Source of the DNA: an uncultured Muribaculaceae bacterium
Lineage (GTDB): Bacteria > Bacillota_I > Bacilli_A > RF39 > UBA660
Reading direction: 5' to 3'
NCBI GenBank assembly: GCA_964458035.1
Contig: CAYWFZ010000002.1
Span: forward strand, 484 to 64,483
DNA: 64,000 nucleotides
Positions 42,914 through 52,049 of this stretch are shown here, one piece after another; the first letter of the stretch is position 1, and every line of letters begins with the position of its first letter. The notes under the pieces were generated by a model. It was not told the DNA's origin. It ran no database searches and saw only the letters and a program-made list of their open reading frames with translations. The translations under genes were made by a program, and so were the position numbers.

Positions 42914-45515
42914 ATCTTCCTCTTTCACCCTTTTTTGGTGGAGGTAATACTTCTTCAGCGTAGTAAGAAGCAATTACATTTAAGTCTTCTGGTCCATAGT
43001 TAGTCAAATATGGAATTAAGTAACCCATAGTGAACTCTTTACCAGTTACTTTTATACCATCTTCATGTAAAACAAATAATGAATCACACTTATAAGCATT
43101 AAATAAATCATAATATAAGAAATAATCTAGTACAGTATAATCAGTTCCAGCTACTTGTAAATCTAAAATGCTTGTATCATCTACATAACGAGAATACATG
43201 TATTTATTAGAATCTCTAAATCTTGGATTATATTGAATATCTAAATATGTTACTGTAGGCTGAATAGTTTCTTCTGGAACTTCTTCTTTCTCTTTTATTT
43301 CCCCATCTTTAGATGCTACAATTTCTGCTCCCCTATCTGGAGTTCCAAATGGTTTGACACCAGTTTCTATTGATGTACCATCCATTTCATATTTGTCCAA
43401 GTTTCTCAATACATCTAAAAGTTTTGAGTTTTCTTCTTTTGTTCCTTTATAATCAGTTAAACCAAAATGAGCTGCTATAGCTGAAATATTATCCGGGCTA
43501 GTAATATTACCACCACTCATTAATGCTTCAATCAAATCATTTCCACGATATGAAACATCTCTTAAGTCTGGAATTAAAACATCATCTTCTGTTATATAAT
43601 CTAAGCAGTAAGACTCTGGGTTTACTCTTGCAGCCTTTTTGCCAGTATCAGCAGGCTTGCTTTCTTTTTTATTAGTACTTTCATCAGGGGCAAGATCTCC
43701 TTTAGCTGATGCAAATCCTTCAACATTTCCTTTATCACCAATATTAAACGTTCTTACTTTACTCTGATCATATTTAGGTTCAGCTTTTCTAGATATATCA
43801 AGTATATCTAAGCTAGATAAATCTTTATTTCCAGTTACAGGAGTTTGATATGCCTGCATTTGCTTTTCTCTTTCTTCAGCAGCTTCAATAGCTTTTATAG
43901 CTAAATCAATCGAGTCAGAAAAAGTTTTTAAACTCTCTCCACTAGTAGATTTTACCTCATCTTCTCGAGTTTGAGACCCTTGTTCTTCCTTTTCTTCTTC
44001 ACCATATAAACTACCAAATTGTTCTTTAGCTTTTATTTCTTGATATTCTTGTAAAGCATCATTATATTTTGCAACATCTTCAGGATTAGCACCATTTAAT
44101 ACACTAAATAAAGATGCACCCAACTGACTTGTATAGTCTTTACTAGCAAAAGTCTCATCTCTACTTATTGCATCTTTACCAGTTAAAGTTTCTAATGCAC
44201 GGTCCATATCCTCTTCAGTTCTATAGTTTGAAGGGAAATTATTACCTCTACTAATTATTTCTTCTAACTCAGCTTTTCTTTCCTCAATTTTTCTTTTAGC
44301 ATCTAAATTAGCTTGCTCGACTCTCGAATCAATTATAGAAGGTTTTAAAACACCATTTTCGCGATCTCTTAATACTTGTTCATAATCTTCTTTACTTTTC
44401 TTTGCTAATTCTTCAAGTCTTTTTTCTTCCTCTGATTTTTCTAAAACATATGGATTTTCTTGAGGTTTCTTTTCTTCTAAAGCTTGGTCTATCTGACGAC
44501 TCATAAACAATGCCTCAACATCTAATTCCTTACCAAAAATATTTTCAACTTCTTCATTAATTGAACTATATCTTAAACAATCAGCTATATTAACATTCCA
44601 TTCTTGAAGTTTTGATTTTGTCATATCAACTAAGTGTTCCATTACAAAGTCATAGTCTTCTTCAAGTACACGTGCTAAGATATTTCTAAGTGCCACATAT
44701 TTATTTTTAGTATTATTGAAGTAATCACGAGATAAACTTCCATCGGGCATCATGATATCATTTTTTTCAATAAGAACAGTCACTACTGTTTTAATTGCTT
44801 CATATACTGCATTTGCAACCAAAGATGGAGCAGTAATTCCATCACTTCTAACTTGTTCATAACCATACCAAGAACCAGTTATCTTATACATTGGATGAAC
44901 TTCCATCGTGCTACTAGATAATACATCATCCATATCATCTAAAAATTTTAACATATTAGGTAAATCAGCAGATTTACATCTCAATTTAATTGGTGCACTA
45001 TAACCTAGACAGACAAATCTTGTTGAAGGAGTAACTATTCTAAATTCCTTCAATCCTTCTTTACGCATTCCTTCATATAAAGTTTTTAAAACATAAATAA
45101 AATTTTCTGGTAAAGTTTTTATAATAAATTCATGTTCCATCTCTTTATAGTCATTATCTTGATTAATTCCCGATTGATCATAAACAACTTGTCCACATTC
45201 AAATATTTGCTTTCTTATCTTACGATAGAATATACCACCCATTTTAACCTGGTCAGCTTTATCTAATTTCAAAAATTCAGACTTACCATGACACTTATCA
45301 AAACACATATTAAGCATCATCAAGTTCATAAACTTTTCATTATCATCAGGATCTACCTTACCTGCACAAGCAGAATCAGTTTCTATACAAGCCATAAGAG
45401 AAGTTTTCTGATTATAAAAAGGACTATCAGATTTAATATATCCCTCAACCAAAGAACTAATTAATTCTTCATTTATAACCACTTTCGTATTATTTCTAAA
45501 TTCATTCAATTCCAT
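42912..45515 (-). CDS. Large hypothetical protein with a central E/K-rich low-complexity region
   Basis: 867 aa. Globular N-domain (about 340 aa), then an acidic/coiled-coil linker of about 250-300 aa, then a globular C-domain. No catalytic motif recognised. Confidence 0.55.
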   Translation of the reverse strand: MELNEFRNNTKVVINEELISSLVEGYIKSDSPFYNQKTSLMACIETDSACAGKVDPDDNEKFMNLMMLNMCFDKCHGKSEFLKLDKADQVKMGGIFYRKIRKQIFECGQVVYDQSGINQDNDYKEMEHEFIIKTLPENFIYVLKTLYEGMRKEGLKEFRIVTPSTRFVCLGYSAPIKLRCKSADLPNMLKFLDDMDDVLSSSTMEVHPMYKITGSWYGYEQVRSDGITAPSLVANAVYEAIKTVVTVLIEKNDIMMPDGSLSRDYFNNTKNKYVALRNILARVLEEDYDFVMEHLVDMTKSKLQEWNVNIADCLRYSSINEEVENIFGKELDVEALFMSRQIDQALEEKKPQENPYVLEKSEEEKRLEELAKKSKEDYEQVLRDRENGVLKPSIIDSRVEQANLDAKRKIEERKAELEEIISRGNNFPSNYRTEEDMDRALETLTGKDAISRDETFASKDYTSQLGASLFSVLNGANPEDVAKYNDALQEYQEIKAKEQFGSLYGEEEKEEQGSQTREDEVKSTSGESLKTFSDSIDLAIKAIEAAEEREKQMQAYQTPVTGNKDLSSLDILDISRKAEPKYDQSKVRTFNIGDKGNVEGFASAKGDLAPDESTNKKESKPADTGKKAARVNPESYCLDYITEDDVLIPDLRDVSYRGNDLIEALMSGGNITSPDNISAIAAHFGLTDYKGTKEENSKLLDVLRNLDKYEMDGTSIETGVKPFGTPDRGAEIVASKDGEIKEKEEVPEETIQPTVTYLDIQYNPRFRDSNKYMYSRYVDDTSILDLQVAGTDYTVLDYFLYYDLFNAYKCDSLFVLHEDGIKVTGKEFTMGYLIPYLTNYGPEDLNVIASYYAEEVLPPPKKGERGR

Positions 45516-45571
45516 ATAATCACCTAGATTACCTTATTATAAGATTATTATATCATTAATTAATTAATATT

Positions 45572-45604
45572 AAAAGAAAAAAAGAGTTTAATTATAAACT
45601 CTTT
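45572..45604 (-). terminator. Terminator hairpin after the 74-aa gene
   Basis: AAAGAGTTTA (45581-45590) / TAAACTCTTT (45595-45604). U-run on the minus strand. Confidence 0.6.
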
Positions 45605-45812
45605 TATTTAAATCAAGTCCTAACAATTGTAATTTAATTGTAATCTGCTTAATCTCATTATCTTTTAAGCCAAATTCTTTTAATTTTTTTCTATTTAAAA
45701 CCCAAAGATTCTCGATTGTAACTATTTCATTTTTCTTAAGTATTTCAACAATCTGTTTATCTAAATCTAATATTCCAATATCTTTTTCTATATAAATATT
45801 TTTCTTATGCAT
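45588..45812 (-). CDS. Stand-alone RNA polymerase alpha-subunit C-terminal-domain (alpha-CTD, HhH)-like protein
   Basis: 74 aa. 'ILDLDKQIVEILKKNEIVTIENLWVLNRKKLKEFGLKDNEIKQITIKLQLLGLDL' aligns with the B. subtilis RpoA CTD pattern '[22 protein letters not shown]...L..V.NLGRKSLEEVK.KL.ELGL'. Confidence 0.55.
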   Translation of the reverse strand: MHKKNIYIEKDIGILDLDKQIVEILKKNEIVTIENLWVLNRKKLKEFGLKDNEIKQITIKLQLLGLDLNKRVYN

Positions 45813-45874
45813 AGTTACACCGTCCCCAAAATTAATTTCAATAATATTATATCACACTTTTCATAATCAAGGTA

Positions 45875-45903
45875 AGAAAAAAAGTAAGAAAAATTTTCTT
45901 ACT
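45875..45903 (-). terminator. Terminator hairpin after the 478-aa gene
   Basis: AGTAAGA (45883-45889) / TCTTACT (45897-45903) within the palindrome AGTAAGAAAAATTTTCTTACT. Confidence 0.6.
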
Positions 45904-47335
45904 TAATTTTAAGCTGTTCAAATGAAGATGTATCAAATATAGCTCTACTAGTAACATCTCCTAAAGCATTTTGAACATTTAAAGCTGTATTTTTAACAAT
46001 TGCTTCATAGCTTGATACTAATGCTTCCATTCCCTTTTGATCATAAGCATGTGTTATTTCATTTAGTGCTGCAACATTTAAAGATTTTGAATCCATTAAG
46101 GCCTTCAACGCATAGGCGGCAAAAAGTGGTGTGACTTCTCCCTTTGCATTGCCATTAACAATATCAAGTATATGTTCTGTTTCTTCGGGATATTTACTTA
46201 CTAATTCTTTTCCATATACACTTAGTCTGCTAAATGATCCGCCTAAAAGTTCTTCTTTGCGAACAATTTGGCTATTAAGTGCTCTAACTTCTTCTTCTAT
46301 TTTGTGTTTGACATCCCTTATATCAAAGCTCTTTCTACGCATCGAAACTTTAACAAAATTAACAACCCTTTGCTCAACCGATTCATCGATATTAGCAGTT
46401 GGTGAAACAAATTGTTCGGCAAATCCACGAAGTCCAACACTTTCAAGTTCTTCAAGAATCCTACCAAACTTTTGCTTAACCCCACTTATTTTTTCTAGTT
46501 CTGCTTCATCTCTTTCAATACTGCTCTCTAAAGAATCTATTTCTCTACTGTTCTTTATACTACTTAAAAAGTTTTTATTTAAATCACTCAGACGAAGTTT
46601 ATCCCTTGAAAGTCTATCACGCACAATAACTTCTTTATCATTTTCCGATGTACCAATAATAAACACAGCATCCATAAACTCTCTTACTAAATTTTCATTA
46701 TCTTTAATAATATCTAAATACTCTAAAAATCTTTCGTCTGTGCGAATCTTTTCCTCATTATCAACGGTGTAGTGCTTCTTTCTATTGAAAAACACCGTAA
46801 GTTCATGAGTTAAATCTGGTTGCTTTTTTAAATCATATATCAAATCTACTGCTGTCTTCTCATTGCCATTAATATTAAACTCTTTAACATAATCGACATT
46901 TGCTTGATCTAATACACTTGAGCATATCGCGATTATTTGACTAGCACTATTAAGATTATTATTCATAAATTGAACATAATGATCAAAATTACGCATCGTT
47001 ATAGCTTTTCTAATCTCAGTATATCTATTGAATGTTACAGTAAATGCCTTTAATTTTACCTTTTCGAATTCACTTAATTCTTCACCAGATAATAATTTTT
47101 CTTCTAAAGCTCCCATTCTATTTTTTAAATCCATTAACTTGTTATCAATAAAAGGCACTAAATTATCTATGGATTTATCATTATCATAACATTGCTTTAG
47201 CAATCTAAATTCAGCAATGTACTTTAAGGTTTTTAAAAGATCAATTAATACCTGTTTATCTTTAGGAGATACATTATCAATCCCAATTGATTTAATAGAT
47301 TGAAGTAATTCACGATAAGAACCAATACTAGCCAT
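45899..47335 (-). CDS. Hypothetical helical/coiled-coil protein
   Basis: Track ORF trimmed to the ATG at 47335 (MASIGSY...), which has a GGGAGAGGA RBS. 478 aa with no recognised motif. Confidence 0.5.
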   Translation of the reverse strand: MASIGSYRELLQSIKSIGIDNVSPKDKQVLIDLLKTLKYIAEFRLLKQCYDNDKSIDNLVPFIDNKLMDLKNRMGALEEKLLSGEELSEFEKVKLKAFTVTFNRYTEIRKAITMRNFDHYVQFMNNNLNSASQIIAICSSVLDQANVDYVKEFNINGNEKTAVDLIYDLKKQPDLTHELTVFFNRKKHYTVDNEEKIRTDERFLEYLDIIKDNENLVREFMDAVFIIGTSENDKEVIVRDRLSRDKLRLSDLNKNFLSSIKNSREIDSLESSIERDEAELEKISGVKQKFGRILEELESVGLRGFAEQFVSPTANIDESVEQRVVNFVKVSMRRKSFDIRDVKHKIEEEVRALNSQIVRKEELLGGSFSRLSVYGKELVSKYPEETEHILDIVNGNAKGEVTPLFAAYALKALMDSKSLNVAALNEITHAYDQKGMEALVSSYEAIVKNTALNVQNALGDVTSRAIFDTSSFEQLKIK

Positions 47336-47456
47336 TTTCGTCCTCTCCCTCATCTAAATCAAGGTCGACTTCATCATGACTTTCTAATGAAGCAATAAGT
47401 TCATCCATTTCTTCTAATACTTCAAATGTTTCTGTCATTTCACTGTTATCTTCCAT
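47328..47456 (-). CDS. Candidate 42-aa highly acidic micro-protein
   Basis: My own translation: MEDNSEMTETFEVLEEMDELIASLESHDEVDLDLDEGEDENG. An AGGTGA RBS lies 5 nt upstream. The stop overlaps the start of the 478-aa gene (ATGGCTAG). Not in the supplied ORF track (below its size cutoff). Confidence 0.35.
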   Translation of the reverse strand: MEDNSEMTETFEVLEEMDELIASLESHDEVDLDLDEGEDENG

Positions 47457-47525
47457 AACCGTCACCTATTATAATTCTACCATATATAAACAAATTTAAA
47501 CATAAAAAAAGCCATTAACTTTACA

Positions 47526-48398
47526 TTAACGACTTTGCCCCTTTTCTTGAGCATTTTTTATGACTATTTCTATTTTTTCTAAAATAAGTGCACACATCTT
47601 TCCATTTGGTCCAGCATCACATTTATATTCATTCACTACACTTTTAATACATTCAGCTGAAACTTCATCTAACATCTTATCATTAAGAAGTGGTAAAAGG
47701 TAAGAATAATCACCCATATCAAATATTGCATGAATAAACATCTTTAAGAATAAACCGCCCTCATCATACGCCATAAAATCTGAAAAATGAATATAACCAT
47801 AAGAGAATAATTTCAATATAATATCTTTTGTTAGTACATCATTAAACATCGGTTCATTATCAAATAAAGAATAAATATTTGAAACAATAAAATCCATTAT
47901 TTCATCAATACAGATTAAAGATTCATATGAAACCTTCCCTTTAGCCGAAATAATATCTTGAATTAATACAAGAAGAAGAGCATATTCTTCACCATTTGCT
48001 TTACTTAAATTCCCAAATAAAGTATTAATAATATCATAAAAAGCCTCATCATTAATGTTCTTTTTAAGTAAAGCAATACTAAGAAGTACAAAAAAACATC
48101 TACGAGTTAAAAATATTTTATATATTGGTGTATTTAAATAATACTCATCACAATTGATAAACTCTTCTAAATAAACCATAAATTCATCATCATCAATATT
48201 ATGTTTAAAAAAAGAATCTAAATTTTCGGAAATAGATATATTAATATCAATACTTCTATTATTAATCGCGGACTTTAATAACATTATATCAGTATCTGTT
48301 ACATTATCAGCCATAATAATACGTTTAAGATTAACTAATGCATCAAAATCCATATTAACCCCTTCTTCGTAGGGCATATTATAGTATTCTTTTGTCAA
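47526..48398 (-). CDS. Hypothetical protein
   Basis: 290-aa ORF, helical. No motif recognised. Confidence 0.5.
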   Translation of the reverse strand: MTKEYYNMPYEEGVNMDFDALVNLKRIIMADNVTDTDIMLLKSAINNRSIDINISISENLDSFFKHNIDDDEFMVYLEEFINCDEYYLNTPIYKIFLTRRCFFVLLSIALLKKNINDEAFYDIINTLFGNLSKANGEEYALLLVLIQDIISAKGKVSYESLICIDEIMDFIVSNIYSLFDNEPMFNDVLTKDIILKLFSYGYIHFSDFMAYDEGGLFLKMFIHAIFDMGDYSYLLPLLNDKMLDEVSAECIKSVVNEYKCDAGPNGKMCALILEKIEIVIKNAQEKGQSR

Positions 48399-48466
48399 TT
48401 TGTCAAAGTAATCATTTACTTTACTTGAAAAAAATACTATAATTTTATTATAGGAGGATGTGTATT

Positions 48467-49129
48467 ATGGATAATATTACAAATCTTGTTGAAGAAGCTT
48501 TCACTACTATTGAAGAGTTTGAAAAGTTTATGTATACAAATCATTTAGAAAAATATATTACAACAAAAGAATTTGCCGCATCTATGTTAGCCAAAATATC
48601 ATATGTTGAATCTATGACTAGAATTGGCGCAATTACAGAAGAAAACTTAAATGATGCAATCGGACATTTAAATTCAGTAATAAATAAAGTAGCAGAAATA
48701 AAAGCAGCTTTTACAAATGGACATAATATTGAGTTAATTGTTGACGATGATGGCAATTATGTTGCAAAAGAGATTGATGAAAAAGAAACCTTAACAAGTT
48801 TTTCAGATTATCAACCAATTGAATCATCTGCTGTAAAAATAACAAATTATAATCCAGAAGTTACACCAATAAATCAACCTTTAGGTGAAGAAATAGTTAC
48901 ACCTATTGTTATTGAAGATGTAAAAGATGGTGAAGATGTTTTAAATAGTGGACAAAATCATGCAACAATACCAGAAATACTTGATGATACTAATGTTCCC
49001 GCACAAGAAACACCAAAAGAAGAAAACTTTTCTGATGCACTTGATATAAAAGCAATTGAAGATTTTATTAATCAAGGTGGCGTAAACGGAATAGAATCTC
49101 AAGAACCTAGTTCAGGATTAACATTATAA
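48467..49129 (+). CDS. Hypothetical acidic protein
   Basis: Track ORF trimmed to the ATG at 48467, 8 nt after a TAGGAGGA RBS. 220 aa with an acidic, proline-containing C-terminal half. Confidence 0.5.
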   Translation: MDNITNLVEEAFTTIEEFEKFMYTNHLEKYITTKEFAASMLAKISYVESMTRIGAITEENLNDAIGHLNSVINKVAEIKAAFTNGHNIELIVDDDGNYVAKEIDEKETLTSFSDYQPIESSAVKITNYNPEVTPINQPLGEEIVTPIVIEDVKDGEDVLNSGQNHATIPEILDDTNVPAQETPKEENFSDALDIKAIEDFINQGGVNGIESQEPSSGLTL

Positions 49130-49158
49130 AAAAAGGATTTATAAAAATCCTTTTTATT
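49127..49158. terminator. Bidirectional terminator
   Basis: AAAAGGATTT (49131-49140) / AAATCCTTTT (49145-49154), flanked by A- and T-runs, between convergent genes. Confidence 0.7.
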
Positions 49159-50113
49159 TTGTCTCTTTTTTCATATTTTCAAGTATTTTAATCTCATTCA
49201 AATATAATTCATAATTTTGCTTACTTTTCTTAGCAATTACTTGTAAAATCATTCCTGTAATCCAAAGTAATATAGCAATAGTTACTAAAAAACACGAAAA
49301 TATTAAACTTGGAAATTTAAGTACTACCCCTGTATCAAAATAATCAACAAATGGTGGTATTCCAATAATTATACCGATAATTAAAAGAATAGATGCAAAT
49401 ATATTAAAGAAAAGTGCTGGGCGATATTCTTTAAATAAAGAACCAATTGTCTTTAAAACTTTAAATCCATCCGAAATAGTATTTAATTTAGAAACACTTC
49501 CATCTGGTCTATCACGATATTGAACAGGTACTTCAACTAACTTATAGTTTTTATCAACAGCATGAATCGTCATTTCTGTTTCTATTTCAAAGCCCTTTGA
49601 TAATACTGGGAACCCCTTAACAAAGTCTTTTGAAAATGCACGATATCCAGTCATTATATCTTTGACATTATTTTTGAATATAAAATTAATTAATTTTCTA
49701 ACTAAGACATTACCAAAATTATGAAACATTCTTTTGTTTTCTTGAAAATAAGTACTAGATAACCTATCTCCAATAACCATATCAGCTTTACCATTTAAAA
49801 CTAAATCACACATTTCACGAGCTGATTCAGCTGGATAAGTATCATCACCATCAATCATAAGATAACAGTCGGCTTCAATCTCTCTAAACATACTTCTTAT
49901 TACATTACCTTTACCTTGACGATACTCGTATCTTACTTCTGCTCCAGCAGAACTAGCAATTTCATCCGTTCCATCATTAGAATTATTATCATAAACATAT
50001 ATTGTTGCTTCAGGTAAAGCTTTCTTATAATCTTTTACTACTTTTTCAATTGTTTTTGATTCATTATAACAAGGAATCAATACAGCTATACTACTTTTTT
50101 TCAACATTTTCAC
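49154..50113 (-). CDS. Family 2 glycosyltransferase (GtrB/DPM1-like, polyprenyl-phosphate sugar synthase type)
   Basis: 319 aa. 'VLIPCYNES' and 'DGDDTYP' (DxD), plus two C-terminal TM helices. Confidence 0.8.
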   Translation of the reverse strand: MKMLKKSSIAVLIPCYNESKTIEKVVKDYKKALPEATIYVYDNNSNDGTDEIASSAGAEVRYEYRQGKGNVIRSMFREIEADCYLMIDGDDTYPAESAREMCDLVLNGKADMVIGDRLSSTYFQENKRMFHNFGNVLVRKLINFIFKNNVKDIMTGYRAFSKDFVKGFPVLSKGFEIETEMTIHAVDKNYKLVEVPVQYRDRPDGSVSKLNTISDGFKVLKTIGSLFKEYRPALFFNIFASILLIIGIIIGIPPFVDYFDTGVVLKFPSLIFSCFLVTIAILLWITGMILQVIAKKSKQNYELYLNEIKILENMKKETK

Positions 50114-51932
50114 CTCTTACATAATTTAATAATAACACAGTTAGAACTGGAAGTGCAAAAATATATGGCATTGTATATCTAAAATATGTATTAGCTGGTC
50201 CTATGAAACAGAATATAAGTGTTCCAATTAAAGGCAATAAACTTATTAAATACTTCTTATTTTTAGAGTTAATTACATAGACGACTAATATAAGAACAAA
50301 CCATGTATTTAAAGCAATATTCGATATAGCCCCTATTATAGGTATATAAGGGAAAAAGTTAGCATACCCATCTAGAATCCCTCTTAAGAAAGATAACTTA
50401 TTATAATGGTAATCAAGTAAATTATTCTCATTTACTCTTGTCGTATATTTGGTATATATATACCAATTGTGCTCATCAGGATAGAAAAATCCAAATGTAT
50501 TATTTAAAGTTGCATCTATATAAACATCAGGATACTTTTTTAATCCCTTAAACCAAACTTTAAAATATTCACCTAAATCTTCGTCGGTTGTATATTTATT
50601 ATATTCATTCTTAACTGCATCTGCTAACTTTGGATTATATCTTTCGGCAAGCGTCGAATAATTTAAAATCTTATCAATTCGCCTAATATCCTCTTCAGTA
50701 TAAAAATTAGGATGTTCTTTTACTAATCTTGCAGTCTGTTGAAAAGGTACACTTAACATCTCTCTTTTAGATCCATCGCTTATTCCAAGAGATGGAACAA
50801 GTATATTATCAAAAGCATAAATAGAAATAAAGAACGCTAAAAAGCAAGACAATAACTTAATAAAGTTCTTCTTAGAATAAAACATAAGAGGAATCATCGT
50901 TAAAAGAATTACATATACACCATTATGTCTAAAAAGACTTGCAAATAGCATTACAAAGTATAACTTAGTTAGATATGAGTAACTTAAATCCTCATTTCTT
51001 TTTTTCTTTAATACATCAAACACAAATAAAACAAATAGAATAATAAATGCCGTATAAAGAGTATCTTTAACTGCTGAAACTGAATATATTAAGTACATTG
51101 GAACAACTAAATACATTAAAAGTACTACCAGCCTACTTTTACTCTTTATTCCACTTTTATGCATATATTTAATTGTATAAGCAAATACTCCCGAATAAAT
51201 AAGTGATTGAATTAAAGTATACAAAAATAACCCAAAATTATCATTAATTAAAAATCTACCTATATCAATACAAAAGCCAATCATATATGTTTGAAAAACC
51301 GGATGATGAGCTGTCATTAATACATTTGGATCTCTTTGAATAACCCAATCTATATATTTAGTATGTTCATTATAATACATCTTTATCTGAAATGATGGAT
51401 CAGGAGATAATACAATTGGATAAAAAGCTATAATATAAATAAGTACAACAAAGAATATAGTTACAAAAGATGTTCTAAATGGATACTTTTCAAAATAATC
51501 CAAGTATTTGCATATATATTTATTCTTAAACTTAATATCTTTATTTTTATACTTTTCTATTAAATCATCTAACATTGAAAATAAATGTATAAAAAGATAA
51601 CTATACCCTACTAGCTTAGCTATACTAAGTAATATTGTTGCAAAATTTAAAAATATTAATTTATAACTTCCATAAGTTTCATAGCCTTCCCCAATTATCA
51701 TAAACAAAGCAAAAAGAATCGATAATGCCCACTTAAGCTTAGTAACTTTATGAAATTTATAATGTGTAAAAAAGTAAAAACACACAAGTGTCACGATAGA
51801 TAAAGCAAAAAACTTTGTCTCATATAAAACAGATATTTTTAAAGTACTTAAATCACTTAATAAATTAACATTTAGTAACAATGCAACACCTATTAATACA
51901 GAGAACAAAAATACTCCTATCTTTTTTTTCAT
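50091..51932 (-). CDS. Polytopic membrane protein, possible GT-C-type glycosyltransferase
   Basis: 613 aa with at least 10 TM helices. 23-nt overlap with the downstream GT2 gene. Confidence 0.45.
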   Translation of the reverse strand: MKKKIGVFLFSVLIGVALLLNVNLLSDLSTLKISVLYETKFFALSIVTLVCFYFFTHYKFHKVTKLKWALSILFALFMIIGEGYETYGSYKLIFLNFATILLSIAKLVGYSYLFIHLFSMLDDLIEKYKNKDIKFKNKYICKYLDYFEKYPFRTSFVTIFFVVLIYIIAFYPIVLSPDPSFQIKMYYNEHTKYIDWVIQRDPNVLMTAHHPVFQTYMIGFCIDIGRFLINDNFGLFLYTLIQSLIYSGVFAYTIKYMHKSGIKSKSRLVVLLMYLVVPMYLIYSVSAVKDTLYTAFIILFVLFVFDVLKKKRNEDLSYSYLTKLYFVMLFASLFRHNGVYVILLTMIPLMFYSKKNFIKLLSCFLAFFISIYAFDNILVPSLGISDGSKREMLSVPFQQTARLVKEHPNFYTEEDIRRIDKILNYSTLAERYNPKLADAVKNEYNKYTTDEDLGEYFKVWFKGLKKYPDVYIDATLNNTFGFFYPDEHNWYIYTKYTTRVNENNLLDYHYNKLSFLRGILDGYANFFPYIPIIGAISNIALNTWFVLILVVYVINSKNKKYLISLLPLIGTLIFCFIGPANTYFRYTMPYIFALPVLTVLLLNYVRGENVEKK

Positions 51933-51996
51933 GATTTGCCTCCACTTCTATTGTTAAGTATACTATTAAAACCTCTATAAAACAATACTTATGAAT

Positions 51997-52025
51997 TTGC
52001 AAAAAAATAAAAAATATGGTATTAT
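51997..52025 (+). promoter_or_regulatory. Sigma-A-type promoter for the 52050 gene
   Basis: TTGCAA (51997-52002), 17-nt spacer ending in TGg, then TATTAT (52020-52025). Confidence 0.5.
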
Positions 52026-52049
52026 CATACGCATGAAAAGGGGATTAAT

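Noticed and set aside
46131-46772. 213-aa plus-strand ORF in the supplied track
   Set aside because: It lies entirely antisense inside the 478-aa minus-strand gene. Its product is Ser/Leu-rich low complexity, the mirror image of the E/K-rich sense gene. It has no RBS, so it is a shadow ORF.
7376-48466. N-terminal extensions in the ORF track (7376, 13198, 15549, 26227, 37611, 47353, 48458 starts)
   Set aside because: These upstream starts are TTG or poorly placed ATG codons without an RBS. In each case an internal ATG with a good Shine-Dalgarno sequence gives a canonical N-terminus (signal peptide, HTH, Rossmann GxGxxG and so on). I trimmed the coordinates accordingly.
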